The notes under the pieces were generated by a model. The model did not search any database. It saw nothing but the letters and a program-made list of their open reading frames with translations, and was not told the DNA's origin. From the IMG/VR virus record IMGVR_UViG_3300033442_000004, positions 32,001 to 96,000 of that record: 64,000 nucleotides of DNA; one strand, 5' to 3'. The DNA is from a virus. Positions 58,448-64,000 of the stretch are shown in pieces (position 1 is the first letter of the stretch; each line of letters starts with the position of its first letter). Made by a program: the position numbers and the translations under genes.

Positions 58448-59884
58448 ATGACTGTTCAATACCTCCACGGCCTCGAGACGATCGAACTCGACAGCCCTTC
58501 CGGTCCGGTTGAGACCGTCAAGTCGAACGTGATCGGCTTGGTCGGCACGGCGCCGGACGCTGACCCGGATATCTTCCCGCTCAACACTCCAGTGGCTGTC
58601 TTCGCCGACGCACTGAAGGCGGGTCAGCTGAAGTCCACCGGCACGCTGCTCGATGCGGTCGACGCCATCTACAGCCAGAAGTCGGCTGTGATCGTCGTGA
58701 CCCGTGTCGCCGAGGGCGAGAGCCAGGAAGAGAGCTGGTCGAATGCGGTCGGTTCGCCGACTGGCAAGACCGGCGTCTGGTCGCTGCTGAAGGCGCGTCC
58801 GATGCTCCAGGTCGTGCCGAAGCTGCTCGTCGCGCCGGGTCTGACCGGCGGTCGCCCGACCAACGGTCTCCGCAACCTCGTGATCGGCGATCAGGGCACC
58901 GGCTACATCCTCGCCACCACGAACATCGTCGTGCAGGCTCCCCCGGCCGGCGGTCGTCAGGCGACGGCGGTGGCCCAGGTGGTCGGCGGCAAGCTGACCG
59001 GCGCGATCATCACCGACCCGGGCTACGGCTACACCGATCCCCCGACCGTGACCGTCACGGGCGCAGGCGCGGGCGCAACGATCACCGCGACCCTCGGTCA
59101 CGTCGCCAATCCGGTCGGCGTCTCCTTCGCCTCGATCGTCGACCGCCTCCGTGCGGTGGCGTTCCTGGACGGCCCCGGCACCTCGTATGAAGACGCGGTC
59201 GAGTATCGCGGCGACTACGGCAGCCAGCGCATCTCGATCATCGATCCGGGCGTGCTGAGCTGGGATACCGAGAACTCCGTCTACGTGCAGAAGCCTGCTT
59301 CGGCCTACGCGGCCGGCATCCAGGCCCGCGTCGATGAGGAGCGTGGCTTCTGGTACTCGTTCTCGAACGAGCTGATCCAGAACATCGGCGGCCCGGCCCG
59401 TCCGGTCGACTTCATGCCGAACGACCGCGACTGCGAAGCGAACATGCTGAACAGCCAGCAGATCACCACCGTCATCCACGACGATGGCTTCCGCTTTTGG
59501 GGCGTTCGCGGCACCGGCACCGACCCGCTCTGGGCGCACCTCTCGGTCCGCCGCACCGCGGACATGGTGTACGAGAGCCTGGAGCGCGCCGAGCGCAGCC
59601 GAATGGATAAGCCGTTCAGCCTGCAGCTGCTCGCCGACATCCAGCTCGACGTCAATTCCTACCTCCGACTGCTCCGCTCCCGCGGCGCGCTGATCGGCGG
59701 CAAGTGCTGGATCGACCCGAGCATCAACACCCCGGCGACCTTCGCTGCGGGCGAGCTGTCGGTCGACTTCGATCTCGAACCGCCGGCGCTCCTGGAGCAC
59801 CTGCAGTTCCGCGCTCGCCGCAACCCGCAGTACTACGTCGACTTCATCGAAGAGTTCAATCGGTCGATCGCCGCCAACGGCTAA
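58448..59884 (+). CDS. Tail sheath protein (P2 FI-like)
   Basis: YLHGLETIE, VIGLVGTAP, GFWYS.SN, GFRFWG.R, VRRTAD. Confidence 0.95.
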   Translation: MTVQYLHGLETIELDSPSGPVETVKSNVIGLVGTAPDADPDIFPLNTPVAVFADALKAGQLKSTGTLLDAVDAIYSQKSAVIVVTRVAEGESQEESWSNAVGSPTGKTGVWSLLKARPMLQVVPKLLVAPGLTGGRPTNGLRNLVIGDQGTGYILATTNIVVQAPPAGGRQATAVAQVVGGKLTGAIITDPGYGYTDPPTVTVTGAGAGATITATLGHVANPVGVSFASIVDRLRAVAFLDGPGTSYEDAVEYRGDYGSQRISIIDPGVLSWDTENSVYVQKPASAYAAGIQARVDEERGFWYSFSNELIQNIGGPARPVDFMPNDRDCEANMLNSQQITTVIHDDGFRFWGVRGTGTDPLWAHLSVRRTADMVYESLERAERSRMDKPFSLQLLADIQLDVNSYLRLLRSRGALIGGKCWIDPSINTPATFAAGELSVDFDLEPPALLEHLQFRARRNPQYYVDFIEEFNRSIAANG

Positions 59885-59975
59885 GCCGTAGCACTCCAAC
59901 AACAACCCAAAAGAGCCAACCGAGCCGCTCGATCCCCCGTGGATCGGGCGCGCTTCGGCGTGGCCGGAGAGATAA

Positions 59976-60506
59976 ATGACCACGAGCAATCTTCGCGACT
60001 CCAACATTCTCCAGGACTTCGCCGTCTGGATCGACGGCGTCGGCAAGATCGGCGAAGCGCCGAACTTCCAGCCGCCCGAGATCAACATCGCCGTGGAAGA
60101 GTTCCGCGGCGGCGGAATGGACGGCACCGTCGAAATTCCGTTCGGCATCGAAAAGATCGAGTTCGACTTCACGCTGCATACGTGGGACGAGCAGATCTGG
60201 ACGAAGCTGGGCTACGGCCCGGGTTCGCTCGATGTGCCGATCACGTTCCGCGGCTACCTGCTCACCCCGGGCGGCGGCGACAAGGGCGTGGTTATCACCA
60301 CGCTGTGCCTGGTGAAGGCGATCAAGACGGGCAAGGCGGAAGCCGGCAAGAAGGTCGAAATGACCATCAACGTCTGCGCCAACTACTACCAGCACAACAT
60401 CGACGGCAATGTCGTCGCTGAAATCGACGTCTTCAACAAGGTCACCATGATCGGTGGCGTCGACAAGAGCGCGAACGCGCGCCGGATCCTCGGCTTCACC
60501 TCCTAA
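59976..60506 (+). CDS. Major tail tube protein (P2 FII-like)
   Basis: EEFRGGGMDG.V, EID..N....GGVD. Confidence 0.93.
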   Translation: MTTSNLRDSNILQDFAVWIDGVGKIGEAPNFQPPEINIAVEEFRGGGMDGTVEIPFGIEKIEFDFTLHTWDEQIWTKLGYGPGSLDVPITFRGYLLTPGGGDKGVVITTLCLVKAIKTGKAEAGKKVEMTINVCANYYQHNIDGNVVAEIDVFNKVTMIGGVDKSANARRILGFTS

Positions 60507-60528
60507 GGCTCAGCCAGGCTCCCAACTC

Positions 60529-60563
60529 AAGGCCCTGCCATCCGGCGGGGCCTTTTTCTTTTT
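60529..60563 (+). terminator. Rho-independent terminator
   Basis: AAGGCCCTGCC/GGCGGGGCCTT + T tract. Confidence 0.65.
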
Positions 60564-60588
60564 CCCACAGCAATAGGTGTGCAAACCA

Positions 60589-60864
60589 ATGGCAAACGAA
60601 ATCAAGCAGGAAACCTTCAACCTCTCCCATCCCTTCGAGTACCGCGGTGCGACGTACGTCGAGATGAAGGCTCGCCGCCCGAAGGTGCGCGACCTCCGCA
60701 ACTTCATCAAGAACATGGAGAAGGACGCAATCGCCGCGATGGAGAAGGTGCTCGCGGATCTCTGCGAGGTCGACGAGAAGGTGATCTCCGAGATCGACGT
60801 CGAAGACTTCGCGCCCATGAAGAAGTGGTTCGAAGATTTTTTGAAGCCCATGGCGAGCGAATAA
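60589..60864 (+). CDS. Tail assembly chaperone (gpE-like); -1 frameshift extension to 61025
   Basis: L.HP, RRPKVRDL, D..DF; slippery T TTT TTG at 60837-60843. Confidence 0.88.
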   Translation: MANEIKQETFNLSHPFEYRGATYVEMKARRPKVRDLRNFIKNMEKDAIAAMEKVLADLCEVDEKVISEIDVEDFAPMKKWFEDFLKPMASE

Positions 60865-61066
60865 GCCGCATCATCGCCGACGCATTCCCGGTCTTCGAGC
60901 GCTTCCACTGGACGCTCGAAACCGTGGATCGAATGGACTTCGACGACTTCATCCTCGTCGCTGACGGCGTCCAAGCACTCAATCAACGAGACGCCGAAGC
61001 AATCAAAGCTGCCCAGGGCAAATAGCGCCCTGGGTCTTTTCTTTTGCGCATAGCCAGGGAGCTGCA

Positions 61067-64000
61067 ATGGCCGACGAACACATGAAGATGATTGCCGAGC
61101 TGGAGTTTCGCTCCAGCGGCTCGGCGACCATCGCAGCTCTGCAGGCGAAGATTAAGGCTCTCAAGGAGCAGATCAACAAGAGCTTCGCGAAGAACGCCAT
61201 AACGACGCCGATCGTGTCGCCCCAGCTGATGAAGGATCTGCAGGGGACCGGCAAGGCCATCAACGGCCTGACCAAGAAATACATCGACATGGCCAAGGAG
61301 GCGCGCGAGCTGGGCCAGATGAACGCGCGTGTCTACAAAGGCATGCAGCGAGACATCCAGGCGCACGCGCGGGCCTGGAAGAAGGCATCGGGCGACCAGA
61401 AGGACGACCTCGCCAAGTCGCTGAAGGAAAAGATCAAGTATCACCAGGCCTATCGGTCGGTCTACAACAAGGAAAACCAGCGCGTCTTGGGCATGACGGC
61501 GGCTCTGAATAGGGCAGAGACCGATCTGCACCTTGCCAAATGGCGCAATAGGGAACGGATTGATCGTCAGCAGCGCGCAGCCGCGCTACGATCTCGCGCC
61601 GCGTTTGCCGCATCCATGCGCACCGTCGCGGGATCAGTCCGTAGCGGCGGTTTCCAGGCTGGACTCATCGGCGGCGCATTGGCGTATGGCACCGGGCGGG
61701 CGGTCAGCTCGTCGATCCGATCGGCCACCGACATGGATCGTGCGGAAGCCAACGCCCGCATCAATATGGATGAGAAGCAGATCCCTGGCGGTTTCGCCGG
61801 TCTGCGTGAGCGCATCCTGCCGAAGTCCGTTCAGCTGGGTCAGGACCCGGCCCGGTACATGCAGACCGTGGTCGAAGCGGCCAAGGCCGGCGTCCCGGAA
61901 AACATGTCTGAGCAGACCGGCGAGATGGTCACCATGCTCGCCAAGACGTTCGGCGTCGAGGTGGACCAGGCCATGGACGGCATGGGCTACGCGATCGCGC
62001 AGGAATTTGGTGCCGGTCGATTGAAGGACATGAGTGGTGTCCGTCGCCTCGGCAACATCGCCGCGTTCCTGTCGGCAAAGACCGCCGCTCGCCCCGACCA
62101 GATGTTCTCGTTCCTCCGCACCGGTATGGGTTCCGGCGCGCTGTTGGGCATGAACCAGCAGTCGACGTTGGCGTTCGGCGCCTCGGCCATCCAGGCCGGT
62201 GCTCAGGGCCAGCAAGCCGCTCGATTCCTAGGCAGCCTCGGTGAGACGCTCGCTGAGTTGACGATGGAAGCGAACGCGATCACCAAGAAGCATCATCGGT
62301 CCGAGAAGGACCGGCTGTTCATGAGCCTTCCCGGTCAGCTGGGGTATGGCTCGTACGGCGAAATCGAGCAGAAGCTGAAGAAGGATCCCAACAAGGGTAT
62401 CTTCGACCTGATCAGCTCGTTCCAGAAGATCAAGGCGCCGCTCGATCGGCAGAAGGCGATGTCGGCAATGTTCGGCGCCGACTTCGGTCGGTTCCTGGCT
62501 AACATGATCGCATCTCCCGAGATGCTCAAGCGCACGAAGGAGCTGGCGGAGCAGGCAGCAAACCAGACTGAAGGCAACGACTTCATCAGCGAAGCGTGGG
62601 GCGAGTACAGCAAGAGCCTTGAGTTCTTGATGGGCCGCATCGGCGCCACCTGGAAGGTAATCAAGACCGAGCTGGGTACGACGTTCAAGCCGTTCGTCGA
62701 GCAGCTCAGCCTATACATCTCTGACTGGTACAACGCGGTCAAGACCGGCGGCATGAAGGACAAGCTCACCGCCGTCCTGAACGGACTGACGGAAGGCTTC
62801 CTCGGTAGACCTGGCACGTTCCGCGACCTGCTGGAGCAGATGTTCGGAAAGCCCGGCGAGGGCGGTCTCGGCAAGACCGAGACCTACTTCAAGTTCGCCC
62901 GCGGCCTTGCCACCGGCCTGCGCGAAGTCGGGGAAATGATCTCCAACGTCATGTCGAAGCTGGCGGCCTACTTCGGCGCCAACGGCGATGCAGAGGCGAT
63001 GGGCCGCTTCACGGCGAAGATCATCGCTCTGGTCGGAGCGCTCGTCATCCTGGGTCCGGTCATCTCGGTCCTGTCCTCGTTCGTGACACTGGTGGGCGCC
63101 CTGGCCGCGATCTTCGGATCACCGGCACTCGCTGCCGGCGTCGCAACGGCGCTCCAGAACTCGGGCGTCAAGAAGTCGAGGATCAGGGAGAAGGGCGAGT
63201 CCTACGAGCACTGGCAAAACCGGATCGCCGAAGACAAGGCGGCTCGCGTCCAGAAGCAGTCCGGCTCGGGATTCAACCCGGCCGACGTCCACCCGATGAA
63301 CTATCTGGGTGAGAAGCTCGACAAGTTCGGCGGTAAGATCGAACGAGCTTCGCTCATGAGCACCGACTTCAGCGCTATGCGGCGCGGCGGCGGTCTCGGC
63401 TACGCCTACGAAGGTGCCGGCTCCTCTTTGGCTGGCAGCGGAGGCGGCAGCGGCATGCGTCTGCTCAGCGGCGTCGGCACTCCCGACGCCCTGATCAAGA
63501 ACGTCACGCCTGGCGGCTCGCTCCCGAACTTCGGTGTCGGGACGGGCGGCATCATCGGTCGTGGTGGAAGGGTTAGCTCCGGTGTCGGCAGTGCTCCAGA
63601 TGTGGGGACCAGCGTCCCAGCTGGCGGACCGGCTGACATGAGCGTCGGGCAAGGCCTCGGCGGAAGCGCCTTCCTCCAGGCTCGGCGCGCTCGCTTCGAG
63701 CAAGAGCTGAAGGACGATCCGACCCTGAGAATGCACCTCGCTGCAATGCAGGCGACCGAGGGCGCGAGCAGGGGCGGAACGATCGAAAGCCTCATGAACC
63801 GTGCGGACATGCAGGGCAAGACCATGCGTCAGATGCTCGGCTACAGCGCCGATGGCCGGATCAACCCGAGGAGCTTCTACGGACCCATCCGTCGAGGCGA
63901 ACTTGGGCCGACGATCGCGCGACTGAAGCGCAATCCCACGGAGTTCGCGAAGTACGACGCGCTCACGAACCGCGCGCTCGCCGGCAGCCACATCATCGGT
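61067..64000 (+). CDS. Tape measure protein (3'-truncated by the window)
   Basis: ATG 61067 with GGGAG RBS, no stop seen in the ORF track, Ala/Gly-rich helical sequence after the chaperone genes. Confidence 0.9.
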   Translation, partial: MADEHMKMIAELEFRSSGSATIAALQAKIKALKEQINKSFAKNAITTPIVSPQLMKDLQGTGKAINGLTKKYIDMAKEARELGQMNARVYKGMQRDIQAHARAWKKASGDQKDDLAKSLKEKIKYHQAYRSVYNKENQRVLGMTAALNRAETDLHLAKWRNRERIDRQQRAAALRSRAAFAASMRTVAGSVRSGGFQAGLIGGALAYGTGRAVSSSIRSATDMDRAEANARINMDEKQIPGGFAGLRERILPKSVQLGQDPARYMQTVVEAAKAGVPENMSEQTGEMVTMLAKTFGVEVDQAMDGMGYAIAQEFGAGRLKDMSGVRRLGNIAAFLSAKTAARPDQMFSFLRTGMGSGALLGMNQQSTLAFGASAIQAGAQGQQAARFLGSLGETLAELTMEANAITKKHHRSEKDRLFMSLPGQLGYGSYGEIEQKLKKDPNKGIFDLISSFQKIKAPLDRQKAMSAMFGADFGRFLANMIASPEMLKRTKELAEQAANQTEGNDFISEAWGEYSKSLEFLMGRIGATWKVIKTELGTTFKPFVEQLSLYISDWYNAVKTGGMKDKLTAVLNGLTEGFLGRPGTFRDLLEQMFGKPGEGGLGKTETYFKFARGLATGLREVGEMISNVMSKLAAYFGANGDAEAMGRFTAKIIALVGALVILGPVISVLSSFVTLVGALAAIFGSPALAAGVATALQNSGVKKSRIREKGESYEHWQNRIAEDKAARVQKQSGSGFNPADVHPMNYLGEKLDKFGGKIERASLMSTDFSAMRRGGGLGYAYEGAGSSLAGSGGGSGMRLLSGVGTPDALIKNVTPGGSLPNFGVGTGGIIGRGGRVSSGVGSAPDVGTSVPAGGPADMSVGQGLGGSAFLQARRARFEQELKDDPTLRMHLAAMQATEGASRGGTIESLMNRADMQGKTMRQMLGYSADGRINPRSFYGPIRRGELGPTIARLKRNPTEFAKYDALTNRALAGSHIIG

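Larger units (their letters stand above)
1..64000. mobile_element. Large myovirus-type prophage (both ends outside or not identifiable in the window)
   Basis: Ordered terminase-portal-scaffold-capsid-neck-baseplate-sheath-tube-tape measure module on +; dense array of short unknown ORFs on -; no host housekeeping genes; host-type IS and effector insertions. Confidence 0.93.

Overview
The window lies inside a large myovirus-type prophage in what is very probably a Bradyrhizobium genome (inferred from a tts-box-driven NopD-type effector and Bradyrhizobium-style IS remnants). Positions 1-19.3 kb are a leftward array of small early phage genes, interrupted by an IS1595 element carrying an AIPR gene and by a second decayed IS1595 next to a dCTP deaminase gene. 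Positions ~20.1-26.0 kb are an inserted host-derived island (IS remnants, phasin, a 1292-aa type III effector with a C48 SUMO-protease domain and its tts box). Positions 26.4-64 kb are rightward late genes: receptor/fibre proteins, holin-like gene, thioredoxin, terminases, portal, scaffold, capsid, Mu/P2-like neck and baseplate, sheath, tube, a frameshifted tail chaperone, and a tape measure gene running off the end. The least explained feature is a large set of highly structured non-coding segments: a ~1.1 kb tandem array of stem-closed RNA modules ending in a ~375-nt pseudoknotted RNA just before tRNA-Trp, a 184-nt RNA plus a tmRNA/tRNA-like 95-nt RNA before terL, CCA-ended mini-RNAs, and five GGGAY-loop hairpins in the scaffold leader. 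An ArfA-like peptide and a (p)ppGpp-hydrolase-like gene are also present. All structures were folded by eye and protein calls come from motif recognition; no searches were run.
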